From assembly GCA_944350285.1 (NCBI GenBank), contig CALVOL010000003.1, positions 1-46,482 on the forward strand: a stretch of 46,482 nucleotides of DNA, written 5' to 3'. The notes under the pieces are model-generated. The model was given only the letters and a program-made list of their open reading frames with translations. It had not been told where the DNA came from and did no database searches. Every line of letters begins with the position of its first letter. The first letter of the stretch is position 1. The stretch comes from an uncultured Bacilli bacterium (lineage in GTDB: Bacteria; Bacillota_I; Bacilli_A; RF39; UBA660). A program made the position numbers and the translations under genes. This document shows positions 26,563 through 35,749 of the stretch, piece by piece.

Positions 26563-27285
26563 TTAACTTGTAAATTCACTAAAGGAAATTTTATCACTGG
26601 AAGAATCTAAATATAGAGTACCACTTTTTCCTTCTAAGGAAGCATAAATTTCTATATAGTTATTTAACTTGCTCAAATTAATTAAATTTACATAAACGTG
26701 ATTGCCATCACTCATTCTAAGGAAAAATCTTGTATCGTCAATGGTTACATCGTTGCTTTTCCATGGTTGATATTCGATTTCACTAATTAAGGATAGTACA
26801 TTGGTATCTATTTCAATTAGTTCTTCAATAAATCTTTCATAATAAGTATCTGGTACGTAATTAATCAGCGTCGGAACGCCGTACAAGTTCTCACTGTCTA
26901 TTTCTTTTTTATTTGCTAGCACTAATTTGTTATTATTACGATTATAAAAAAGTGGGTTTGCTTCCGTCACATCAATTCTTAGTGTCCCTAAAATACTTTT
27001 ATGGATATCCACCGAATCAATGAGGGAAATCGTCTGCAATCTCTTCTTAATGTCTTTTGTACTTTCCCGAAACAAATAAGGATAATTCTTAAACCCTGAA
27101 GTAATAATAATTTCATTATCACTAACCAAGGTATTACCAGTAATAATAATCCTGGATGTCCTAATTTGAAAAAGCAAGAAAATCATAAGACCAACAAAAA
27201 AAAGAAGAATAAAGATTTTTAAAAATACTTTCCATTTAAAATGTCTTTTTATTACTTTCTTCTTCTTTTTCATTTTTCTCACCAA
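26563..27285 (-). CDS. ftsQ: cell division protein FtsQ/DivIB
   Basis: Basic N-terminus, one TM helix, POTRA-like ITGNTLVS, LISEIEY, MSDGN; directly after murB. Confidence 0.8.
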   Translation of the reverse strand: MVRKMKKKKKVIKRHFKWKVFLKIFILLFFVGLMIFLLFQIRTSRIIITGNTLVSDNEIIITSGFKNYPYLFRESTKDIKKRLQTISLIDSVDIHKSILGTLRIDVTEANPLFYNRNNNKLVLANKKEIDSENLYGVPTLINYVPDTYYERFIEELIEIDTNVLSLISEIEYQPWKSNDVTIDDTRFFLRMSDGNHVYVNLINLSKLNNYIEIYASLEGKSGTLYLDSSSDKISFSEFTS

Positions 27286-28166
27286 TCTTTATATTCTTGT
27301 TCAAGGACTAAATCTATGTCGTATTTTTCTTTTACCTTTTTCTTACTATATTCTATCAAATCTCGAATGTTTTTTCCAGTAGCGGATCCAACATTTACAA
27401 TGAAGTTCGCATGCTTTTCACTGATCATAGCATCCCCAATACGGTATCCTTTGAGTCCAGCTCCATCAATAAGTCTCCAACTAGGCATGTCAACAGACGG
27501 ATTTCGAAAAACACTACCGGCACTAGGCAATTCAAGTGGCTGGGTCGAAACTCTTCTCTCTCGGCGGTTTTGAATTTTTTTTATGGCCTCTTCTTTATCA
27601 CCGTATTCTAAAGAGAATGTAGCTGACAAAATAATATTTTCAGGATGTTCTTTAAAATAAGAAGTACGGTATCCATAAGAAATATTTTCTTTTGTCAATG
27701 TTTCTATATGACCGGCTTTATCTAAAAATGTAACTTCTTTTAAGCAATCAAATGTACTTGTTTTATAAGCTTCCGCATTGCCAAAAATAGAGCCTCCCAC
27801 AGTTCCAGGTATTCCGCTAGCCCATTCTAATCCCACTAAGCCATGATCCAGTATTTGTAATGCCAAAGAGTTTATCATCACTCCTGAGGTCACTTCTACT
27901 TCGTTGTCATGATAAGTGATGTTATTTAACTGATCTAGTTTAAGAATCACCCCATCATACATCGTATCAGATAGGATCACATTCGAACCATTGCCAATTA
28001 CAAAAAAGGAAGTATGATATTCCTTGGCATACTCTAAAAACTCTTGTAATTGCTCTATGCTTGTCGGATGAAGCATATACCTAGTGGTGGTATCAATCCG
28101 ATATGTATTATATTTTTTTAAATTCACATTTTCTTCTAAAATTCCAAATTCACCTAACTTTTTCAT
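27279..28166 (-). CDS. murB: UDP-N-acetylmuramate dehydrogenase
   Basis: IGNGSNV, GLEWASGIPGTVGG, YGYRTS, QPLELPSAGSVFRNP, SEKHANFIVN. Confidence 0.97.
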   Translation of the reverse strand: MKKLGEFGILEENVNLKKYNTYRIDTTTRYMLHPTSIEQLQEFLEYAKEYHTSFFVIGNGSNVILSDTMYDGVILKLDQLNNITYHDNEVEVTSGVMINSLALQILDHGLVGLEWASGIPGTVGGSIFGNAEAYKTSTFDCLKEVTFLDKAGHIETLTKENISYGYRTSYFKEHPENIILSATFSLEYGDKEEAIKKIQNRRERRVSTQPLELPSAGSVFRNPSVDMPSWRLIDGAGLKGYRIGDAMISEKHANFIVNVGSATGKNIRDLIEYSKKKVKEKYDIDLVLEQEYKDW

Positions 28167-29236
28167 GCTATCATTTCCTTAATTGCTTGATAAATCATAT
28201 GAGCACTATCACGGGTGTCTAAAGCGTGCATCGCACTTTTTAATTTCATTTTTGTTGTTGCATCATTTAATAAAAGATCGATTTTTTCATCTAATAACTG
28301 AGCTGTAATATCTTTTTCTTCCATTAAAACAACGCAATTTTTATCACTTAAATCTTTGGCATTGTAATATTGATGGTTACCCGCGACATTCGGACTCGGT
28401 ATAATAATTGACGGTACTTCTAATGCCATTAGCTCACTAAGACTTCCGGCACCAGCTCGGCTAATTACTAAATCACTAATTTTTAAAAGTCCAGGAAGTT
28501 CCTCCATAAAAGGAAACACTTTGACATTTTTAGGAGCTTTAAAATCTTTCATAAATCCGTCATAGTAACCTTTCCCTGTAATATAGCAAATCTCATAGTT
28601 GTGAGGTTTCATTAAGAACTCTTTCATTTTATCGTTTAAAGAGCCACTTCCTAAAGAACCAGCAACCACCGTTAACAATTTTTTCCCTTTCGTAAGTCCT
28701 AATTCTGTTTTTTCTTTCTTAGGAACACTTAAGGCACTCGCGCCACATGGGTGTCCCGTATAAAGAATCCGCCCTTTTGTTTTAAAATACTTTTTGCTAC
28801 TTTCAAAAGAGACTCCTATTAAATCAGCATATTTTCCGATCATTTTATTGCTTTTTCCAGGAATACTGTTTTGTTCATGAATAAATGTTTTAATGTGTAA
28901 TTTATGAGCTACTTTTAAAACTGGATACGTCACATATCCACCTACTCCGATCACTACGTCTGGCCTAAATTCTTTCATGATTTCTTCACAACGTTTGATA
29001 GCGCGACGAATACAACCAATATTTTTGATATCTCGTTTTATATCTTTCGTAAATCCATATATTTCGATTGCTTCATAACGAATCCCTTTCTGAGGAATAA
29101 TCTCTTTTTCCATTCGATTATGCGTTCCAATATATAAAACTTCTAAATTTTTCTCTTGTTCTTTAAATTCTTCGATAATGGCTAAAGCGGGATTAATATG
29201 ACCCATAGTTCCGCCAGCTGAAACTATTATTTTCAT
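28163..29236 (-). CDS. murG: lipid I GlcNAc transferase
   Basis: AGGTMGHINPA, GVGGYV, HEQNSIPG, GSLGS, SRAGAGS, NHQYYNA. Confidence 0.97.
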   Translation of the reverse strand: MKIIVSAGGTMGHINPALAIIEEFKEQEKNLEVLYIGTHNRMEKEIIPQKGIRYEAIEIYGFTKDIKRDIKNIGCIRRAIKRCEEIMKEFRPDVVIGVGGYVTYPVLKVAHKLHIKTFIHEQNSIPGKSNKMIGKYADLIGVSFESSKKYFKTKGRILYTGHPCGASALSVPKKEKTELGLTKGKKLLTVVAGSLGSGSLNDKMKEFLMKPHNYEICYITGKGYYDGFMKDFKAPKNVKVFPFMEELPGLLKISDLVISRAGAGSLSELMALEVPSIIIPSPNVAGNHQYYNAKDLSDKNCVVLMEEKDITAQLLDEKIDLLLNDATTKMKLKSAMHALDTRDSAHMIYQAIKEMIA

Positions 29237-29385
29237 GTCTACACACTTCCTTGTCTTCTTGTTTTCTTTATTATACTATATTTTGCCCTATTCTTTTATA
29301 GAACCAGTGTCAAACAATGTCAATTACTTTCTTATCAAACCTTGATCTAAAATTTTTTCTTTTACTTTTTCTAACATCTTAACTA

Positions 29386-29414
29386 GTATAAACTAACAAA
29401 CTTACGAATAAAAT
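29386..29414 (+). promoter_or_regulatory. sigma-E-like sporulation promoter
   Basis: gtATAaa, 14 nt, aATAaaaT, compared with the B. subtilis sigma-E consensus (ATA...cATAcanT). Confidence 0.5.
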
Positions 29415-29428
29415 GTAATGGTGAGTAT

Positions 29429-30511
29429 ATGAAACACTTTGACCGACTTTTATTTTTTATTGTGATCATTATTGGGATTTTTGGAATTGTTATGATTTAT
29501 TCTGCTAGTGCTATCTGGGCAGAATATAAGTTTCAAGATTCTTTTAAATTTGTCAAAAGTCAAAGTTTGTTTTTTCTTTTAGGAATTATTATGTGTCTTA
29601 TTGTCAGTCGCATCCCACCTGATTTTTGGAAAAAATATGCTAATAAAATTGTTTTAGCTTGTTTTATTCTTTTGGTTTTGGTTTTAATTCCAGGAATTGG
29701 GACCGTTCGTAATGGTTCTAGAAGTTGGTTTGGAATTGGTGGTCTTGGTGTTCAGCCAAGTGAATTTGCTAAAATCGGACTTATTATCTTTGTTTCGAAA
29801 TACTTAAGTCAAAATCAAAAAGAGTTAAGAGACATAAAAAAAGGCGTATTGCCTATTTTACTCGTGATTGGAGTATTTTTCTTACTTATTATGTTAGAGC
29901 CTGATTTTGGAACTGCAATGGTAATTGTCTTAACTCTAGTCAGTCTCATTTTTATCAGTGGTGTGAAAGTATCTTTTTTTGTTAAAATTGGTATAGTAGG
30001 CCTTATGGGAATTGTTGCCCTAATCATCGTGGCTCCTTACCGAATGGCCCGAATTGTGTCTTTCTTAAACCCTTGGAGTGATCCTTTGGGTAGCGGGTTT
30101 CAAATTATTCAATCTTTGTATGCGATTGGTCCTGGAGGGTTACTAGGTCAAGGATTTTTAAATTCACATCAAAAACATTTTTATTTGCCGGAACCTCAAA
30201 CTGATTTTATTTTTTCTATTATTAGTGAAGAATTTGGATTTTTAGGAGTTTTAATTGTTGTTTCTTTCTTCTTTTTTCTCTTCTATCGTTCGGTGAAAAT
30301 TTCTTTAAAAAGCAATGATTTATTTTCAAAGTTTTTAGCTTTTGGGTTATCCATAGGAATTTTAATTCAAGCCACTTTGAATCTCTGTGTTGTAATTGGA
30401 CTCATTCCAGTAACAGGTGTGACTCTTCCCTTCTTTAGTTATGGCGGAAGTAGTTTACTCGTTACTATGATTAGTATTGGAATGATTTTAAGTATCAGTC
30501 GAAAACAATAA
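29429..30511 (+). CDS. ftsW: SEDS peptidoglycan glycosyltransferase FtsW/SpoVE
   Basis: GIVMIYSAS, NGSRSW, QPSEFAK, EPDFGT, GFQIIQSLYAIGPGG, YLPEPQTDFIF, PVTGVTLPFFSYGGSS. Closest in style to SpoVE. Confidence 0.95.
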   Translation: MKHFDRLLFFIVIIIGIFGIVMIYSASAIWAEYKFQDSFKFVKSQSLFFLLGIIMCLIVSRIPPDFWKKYANKIVLACFILLVLVLIPGIGTVRNGSRSWFGIGGLGVQPSEFAKIGLIIFVSKYLSQNQKELRDIKKGVLPILLVIGVFFLLIMLEPDFGTAMVIVLTLVSLIFISGVKVSFFVKIGIVGLMGIVALIIVAPYRMARIVSFLNPWSDPLGSGFQIIQSLYAIGPGGLLGQGFLNSHQKHFYLPEPQTDFIFSIISEEFGFLGVLIVVSFFFFLFYRSVKISLKSNDLFSKFLAFGLSIGILIQATLNLCVVIGLIPVTGVTLPFFSYGGSSLLVTMISIGMILSISRKQ

Positions 30512-30515
30512 CTTT

Positions 30516-31256
30516 TTATCTTTCTAAATTTAAAAGAAGTGAAAAGTCTTTACATAGTTTTAAATCGTTTTTATTTGCGTATTCTGTAAATTCTAGGCTC
30601 ATATAGTGGATTGGCTCTAATACTTGGAGCTGTCTTTCTTGTAACTCTGTATTATTTCTAATAGACATTGCTAAACGTCCAATCGCATCTCTAATTTCTT
30701 CTTTAAGTCGTTCATTCATTGGTTTGCCTGTATAATACTCAACTAACTTTTTTAAAGCATCTTGATGCTTTTTCCAGTTTTTTAGGGCAATCTCATTTGA
30801 AAGTTCTAAAGATTCACAAGCACGCTTACCGTTTTTGTACTTTGGTAATAACATGATTGCACCTAACGGTCTTTCTTCAAAAGAGTATGGACAACCATCT
30901 GGTGTTAATAAAGAACATCTTGTCTTTTCAGAAAATAAATCTACAATTCCTCTTTTTCTATTTCGAACTCTTAAAAATAAGATAGGATTGATAATGGATC
31001 TATTTTTTACGTAGCTCTTTTCAAAAATAGAAGTAATGCTAATTGTTTCTTTGTCTAATTCTTTTTTTAAACCTTCAAAAGATAAATCTTCAAAGTCTTC
31101 TATAAAATAGGCACAGCCACATTTCTTACAGCATGAGTCTTTGCATTCCCTACAATAGGGCTTCTCAAAAATACTAAGGTCTTCAAAATTACGATAAAAA
31201 GACATAACTTTTTCATTTTCTAAATATTCTTTACTAGGAAATCTATTATTTTTCAT
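30516..31256 (-). CDS. YkgJ-like (CxxCxxCC) cysteine-cluster protein
   Basis: CRECKDSCCKKCGC and CSLLTPDGCPYSFEERP. Confidence 0.75.
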   Translation of the reverse strand: MKNNRFPSKEYLENEKVMSFYRNFEDLSIFEKPYCRECKDSCCKKCGCAYFIEDFEDLSFEGLKKELDKETISITSIFEKSYVKNRSIINPILFLRVRNRKRGIVDLFSEKTRCSLLTPDGCPYSFEERPLGAIMLLPKYKNGKRACESLELSNEIALKNWKKHQDALKKLVEYYTGKPMNERLKEEIRDAIGRLAMSIRNNTELQERQLQVLEPIHYMSLEFTEYANKNDLKLCKDFSLLLNLER

Positions 31257-31325
31257 TTTAAACCTCTTTTCAAAACAAAGAATATTCTAGCAAAAAATTA
31301 TGAAAAGAACAAGAAAAAAAAAGAT

Positions 31326-32546
31326 TTATTTTTCTTCTTTGCTACTTAGCCTGATATCATAATGCTTTACTCTTTCTAAAACTTGTTCATCAGAAGTTTC
31401 ATAAAACCTATAAAAATCAGTGCTGTTTCCTTCTAGAAGTGTTTGATTTAACGCGGTTTGAAGGTTTTCTTCTGTTTGTTTTTTTGCTATTTCATTTTGC
31501 TTTTTTTCTAATAAATACAAAATTGTTTCTTCATCAACCCCTGCTTTTATTAAAGTATCTGAATCTATCTTAGATAAATCTTTGTATGCTTCCACTAAAA
31601 CATCCATGGCATCAGGATTATTTTGATTAGCAACTTGATAAAGCCACTTGTCTTCTTGGTTGGAAATTTCATAGATTATATAATCTAAACAATACAAAAT
31701 ATCTTGTTGAATAGATGGCTTATGATTAGCGATAATAGTCTCTAAAAGAAGACGATCCTTACCAATATTTGCTTCTAATAATTCATAATAATATTGCATA
31801 CTCCCATAGGAACTAATAGAATCTAAAAACAAGATTTTTTCTGGATGTTTTCCAATAGTTGCATGACTACATGCTTGCAACATCATTTTTTTTCTGTTTA
31901 CTCCTTTTTGTTTAGCAATCATATATAAAAGAAAGGGATTAGATCTTATCATCTCGTTTGTGAATGCATTTAACAAAACTTTTTTTTCTTCGCCTTTGGC
32001 ATCACTAAGTATTTGAACAAAAAATGGATTTTTTATAATTTGTAATTCAAAAAAAGCATCTCTCATCACTATCATATCTTCGACAGAAGACTGCCTTTTT
32101 ATATGATACATCAAATATTTACTTTTTGTAATACCAGCAAACTCTTCACAATAAAGGCTTAATATAAAGTTTATTTTTTCTGCACTATCTTGTGCCAACG
32201 CATTACGTAATATATCAGGGTTTTCTTTTTCTAACGTATCCGTTATAGCTTTTAAAATAATCTTTTTCATAACCTTATTAGGTTGATTATTTGCAATTGT
32301 TAGATACTGTTTTACTTTTTCAATTTCGATCTTTTTATGAGATGATAAAACCAGAAATTCCGCTACTTCAGAATCCATATTTTCTGAGAAAAATAAAGCA
32401 ATATATTTTTCCTCTAATTCTAATACTTTGTAAAGTTCTCTACTTGGATAATCTAAACTTGTTAATTTTTTTATATACTCCGGTTTTAATGTAATATTCT
32501 TTTCTTTTAAAAAACTTAATACATCATACATGTCTTCGTATGTCAT
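31326..32546 (-). CDS. hypothetical helical-repeat protein
   Basis: Start reassigned to ATG 32546 (MTYEDMY) behind AAGAGG; degenerate repeats of about 31 aa. Confidence 0.7.
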   Translation of the reverse strand: MTYEDMYDVLSFLKEKNITLKPEYIKKLTSLDYPSRELYKVLELEEKYIALFFSENMDSEVAEFLVLSSHKKIEIEKVKQYLTIANNQPNKVMKKIILKAITDTLEKENPDILRNALAQDSAEKINFILSLYCEEFAGITKSKYLMYHIKRQSSVEDMIVMRDAFFELQIIKNPFFVQILSDAKGEEKKVLLNAFTNEMIRSNPFLLYMIAKQKGVNRKKMMLQACSHATIGKHPEKILFLDSISSYGSMQYYYELLEANIGKDRLLLETIIANHKPSIQQDILYCLDYIIYEISNQEDKWLYQVANQNNPDAMDVLVEAYKDLSKIDSDTLIKAGVDEETILYLLEKKQNEIAKKQTEENLQTALNQTLLEGNSTDFYRFYETSDEQVLERVKHYDIRLSSKEEK

Positions 32547-32619
32547 ACTTATTCCTCTTTTCTTAAAATTTATTATACTTATAAATACTAAAAAGTAAAG
32601 AAAAAAAGAGATTTCTCTC

Positions 32620-33612
32620 TTATAACCAAACACCATAAGTAATCGCGGCCATGGCAAGTAATAGTCCTACCACATAAAATGCTTTTACAATATCTTGTTC
32701 GCTCCAACCTAGCTGTTCAAAGTGATGATGAAGTGGCGCCATTTTAAATATTTTTTTGTTAAATTTACGAATGGCAATAATCTGTATCATACTGGATAGA
32801 GTTTCTACTACAAATACACCACCAATTAAAGCAAGAGATAATTCATGGCGTGTAATAATGGCAATCGATGCCATAGCGCCACCTAGAGCAAGGCTTCCTA
32901 GGTCTCCCATGAATACTTTGGCAGGATAACTATTAAATAGTAAAAATCCTAGCAAAGCTCCAACAAGCACGAAACAGAAAATCGCGACTTCTTGATATCC
33001 TTCCATCCAGGTCGCATTCCAAGATAGAATTCCGAATGCTAAATAAGCAATGACACAAAGGCCACCACAAAGGCCATCTAGCCCATCGGTAATATTTACC
33101 GCATTGGATGAACCAACTAGTAAAAATAAAATGAATAAGCCGAAGGCCCAGCCAAGAGGTAATACAATATTTAATGAAGTGATTTCTACTACTGGTTCGC
33201 CACCATTTTTCATAAAAATATAAAAGAATATTACTGCAATTACCATTTGCAGTAAGAATTTGGTTGAAACTCTTAATCCTTCGTTATTATGATATCTTAC
33301 TTTTAACCAATCGTCTATGAATCCGAGTAATGCATATGCTAAGAATACAAAGACAACAATGATTAAATTATGATTTAATGTGATGGATCCTCTTAAATAA
33401 AGTAAAAACAATGTAATCAGGACTGGCAAGATAAAGATAATTCCTCCCATTGTAGGAGTTCCTTCTTTTTTTAGGTGACGTTCACCAACCATATCACTGA
33501 CGTGTTGTCTAAAATTCACTTTTTTTAATATAGGGATAAAGATTAATCCGCATATAATAGCAAAGATGAAACCTAACATCATTGCTAAAGCAGTTTTCGC
33601 TAAAATTAGCAT
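32620..33612 (-). CDS. mraY: phospho-N-acetylmuramoyl-pentapeptide transferase
   Basis: KEGTPTMGG, GFIDD, SNAVNITDGLDGL, PAKVFMGDLGS, MAPLHHHFE. Confidence 0.98.
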   Translation of the reverse strand: MLILAKTALAMMLGFIFAIICGLIFIPILKKVNFRQHVSDMVGERHLKKEGTPTMGGIIFILPVLITLFLLYLRGSITLNHNLIIVVFVFLAYALLGFIDDWLKVRYHNNEGLRVSTKFLLQMVIAVIFFYIFMKNGGEPVVEITSLNIVLPLGWAFGLFILFLLVGSSNAVNITDGLDGLCGGLCVIAYLAFGILSWNATWMEGYQEVAIFCFVLVGALLGFLLFNSYPAKVFMGDLGSLALGGAMASIAIITRHELSLALIGGVFVVETLSSMIQIIAIRKFNKKIFKMAPLHHHFEQLGWSEQDIVKAFYVVGLLLAMAAITYGVWL

Positions 33613-33692
33613 ACACTCACCTACCTACCCATATTATACAATAAATTCGCATATATCATGGATTTTTTCCTCTTTTTTACAAAATTTGGACA

Positions 33693-35597
33693 TCAACCTA
33701 ACATTAATTTGACAGTTCCTCCTTCTTTGATATAAGTATTCGCACTAGGACTTTGATATATCACATTTTCGCCTACTCCAGAGTATTCTACTGTAAATCC
33801 TTTTAATGTTTTTTTGGCATCTTCTAAATTCAATCCCGTTACATCCGGTAATTGTACATATTTTGTATCAAGCCAGTTATATTCTTTTTCCATCCCATCC
33901 TGACTTGGTTCAATTCCTAAAACACTAATCGCCGTTTCTAAAACCGATTTGGCAACAGGGGCGGCAACAACTCCCCCGTATTGGGTAACACCTTGGGGGT
34001 GGTCGATTGCTACATACACTACAATCTCTGGATCATCTGCTGGCATAAATCCTATAAAAGATAAAATATAATTGCCATCCATATATACTCCGTTTTGAAC
34101 TTTTTGGGCAGTTCCCGTTTTTCCGCCTACCCGGTAATTTTCAATATAAGCACTTCGTCCGGAACCATTGGCAACAACACTCTCTAGGGCATATCTGACT
34201 AGCTTACTTGTTTCTTCACTAATCACCTTTCGTCTCATGACTGGTTCTTTTGTATAAATAATCGAATTCGTTTCAGGTTCTAACATTTCACTCACAAGAT
34301 ATGGCTCATACAGTGTCCCACCATTAATCGCTGCTGATACCGCGGTTACTTGCTGAATTGGAGTGACACTAATACCTTGTCCAAAAGCGGTTGTAGCTAG
34401 TTCTACTGGCCCCATTTTATCCACTTGAAATAAAATACCATTCGATTCTCCATTTAAATCAATCCCTGTCTTAGACCCAAACCCAAAATTAGTAATATAA
34501 CTCATCAAAGTATTGGTTCCAAGACGTTGCCCAAGTTCCACAAATCCAGGGTTGCAACTATTTTCTACGACCTCTAAAAATGTTTGAGCTCCATGACCGC
34601 CGCTCTTCCAACAATGAATGGTCGCTCCATCGACGTTAACACTACCATCATCATAATAAGTATCTTCAAATAGATTCACTGTTTGTTCTTCTAAAGAAGT
34701 TGCCAAAGTCATAATTTTAAACGTAGATCCAGGCTCATAAGTCATCCAAATCGGTAAGTTTTGATTAATTGTTTCGGTCGTATAGTCTTGATAGTTATTC
34801 GGATCAAAATTAGGACGACTTGCCATTGCTAAAATTTCCCCAGTATCAGGATCCATCGCTAGTATTAAGGCATGTTCTGGAGTATATTTACTCATGATAT
34901 TATCAAGTTCTCGCTCGGCAGCCAGTTGAATATCCAAATCAATCGTTAACTGAATATTAATCCCGTCTTGTGGTTCTTCATACACTTCGGATAATTCTAA
35001 TCGATTTCCTTTCCCGTCAGAAAAATATTTAATTGCTCCATTCTTACCGGTTAAATAATCATCATAAGTAAGCTCTAGCCCCGAAAGGCCTTGATTATCA
35101 ATACCTACATAGCCTAAAACATGAGAAAGTGTGCTACCATATGGATAATATCGTTTACTCTCTTTTACTAAATACACTCCGTCATACCCAAGTTCATCGA
35201 TTTTAGCAGCAATATCATAAGAAAGCTGTCTCCCTTCTGGATGCACTCTTTCGATACTCGTTTTTTTACTGACATGAGCAAGCATATCTTCATAGTCACT
35301 ATTTAAAATTTCACTTAGTTTCTCTGCGACTTCTTCTTTATTTTGAATTTGATTAGGAATGAGTACTAAAGAAGTCGTTGTAATATTGGTAGCTAAAACC
35401 TTGCCATTCCTATCATTAATTTCGCCACGATCTGCTCCAATAGGAAGTTCCCTACTCCACAAAGATTCTGCTAAAGTACTTAGTTTTTGATAATCAAAAA
35501 CTTGAATATAAAATACCCGAATCACAATGATAATTAAAATACACAAAATAAAGAGAAAAAAGAAACGTATCCTTGTATGTATGTCAGAAAAAAACAT
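33693..35597 (-). CDS. spoVD: class B penicillin-binding protein, SpoVD-like, with one PASTA domain
   Basis: RGEINDRNG, IERVHPEGR, RYYPYG, EPGSTFK (SxxK), SCN (SxN), GGKTGTAQK (KTG). Confidence 0.9.
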   Translation of the reverse strand: MFFSDIHTRIRFFFLFILCILIIIVIRVFYIQVFDYQKLSTLAESLWSRELPIGADRGEINDRNGKVLATNITTTSLVLIPNQIQNKEEVAEKLSEILNSDYEDMLAHVSKKTSIERVHPEGRQLSYDIAAKIDELGYDGVYLVKESKRYYPYGSTLSHVLGYVGIDNQGLSGLELTYDDYLTGKNGAIKYFSDGKGNRLELSEVYEEPQDGINIQLTIDLDIQLAAERELDNIMSKYTPEHALILAMDPDTGEILAMASRPNFDPNNYQDYTTETINQNLPIWMTYEPGSTFKIMTLATSLEEQTVNLFEDTYYDDGSVNVDGATIHCWKSGGHGAQTFLEVVENSCNPGFVELGQRLGTNTLMSYITNFGFGSKTGIDLNGESNGILFQVDKMGPVELATTAFGQGISVTPIQQVTAVSAAINGGTLYEPYLVSEMLEPETNSIIYTKEPVMRRKVISEETSKLVRYALESVVANGSGRSAYIENYRVGGKTGTAQKVQNGVYMDGNYILSFIGFMPADDPEIVVYVAIDHPQGVTQYGGVVAAPVAKSVLETAISVLGIEPSQDGMEKEYNWLDTKYVQLPDVTGLNLEDAKKTLKGFTVEYSGVGENVIYQSPSANTYIKEGGTVKLMLG

Positions 35598-35612
35598 AGA
35601 ATCACCTAATGT

Positions 35613-35641
35613 ATCCTATGTGTTACGTTTTCATTTTATGT
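35613..35641 (-). promoter_or_regulatory. sigma-E-like sporulation promoter of spoVD
   Basis: acATAaa, 14 nt, cATAggaT; spoVD is sigma-E dependent in B. subtilis. Confidence 0.65.
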
Positions 35642-35749
35642 AAATTTACTAAATTTGTTTTAGTCAAAGCATAATGTTTATTTTGTGTCTTACATTACTC
35701 TTTTTTTACCATTTATTCATTATTTTAATTGCTAAAACCTTTATATATA

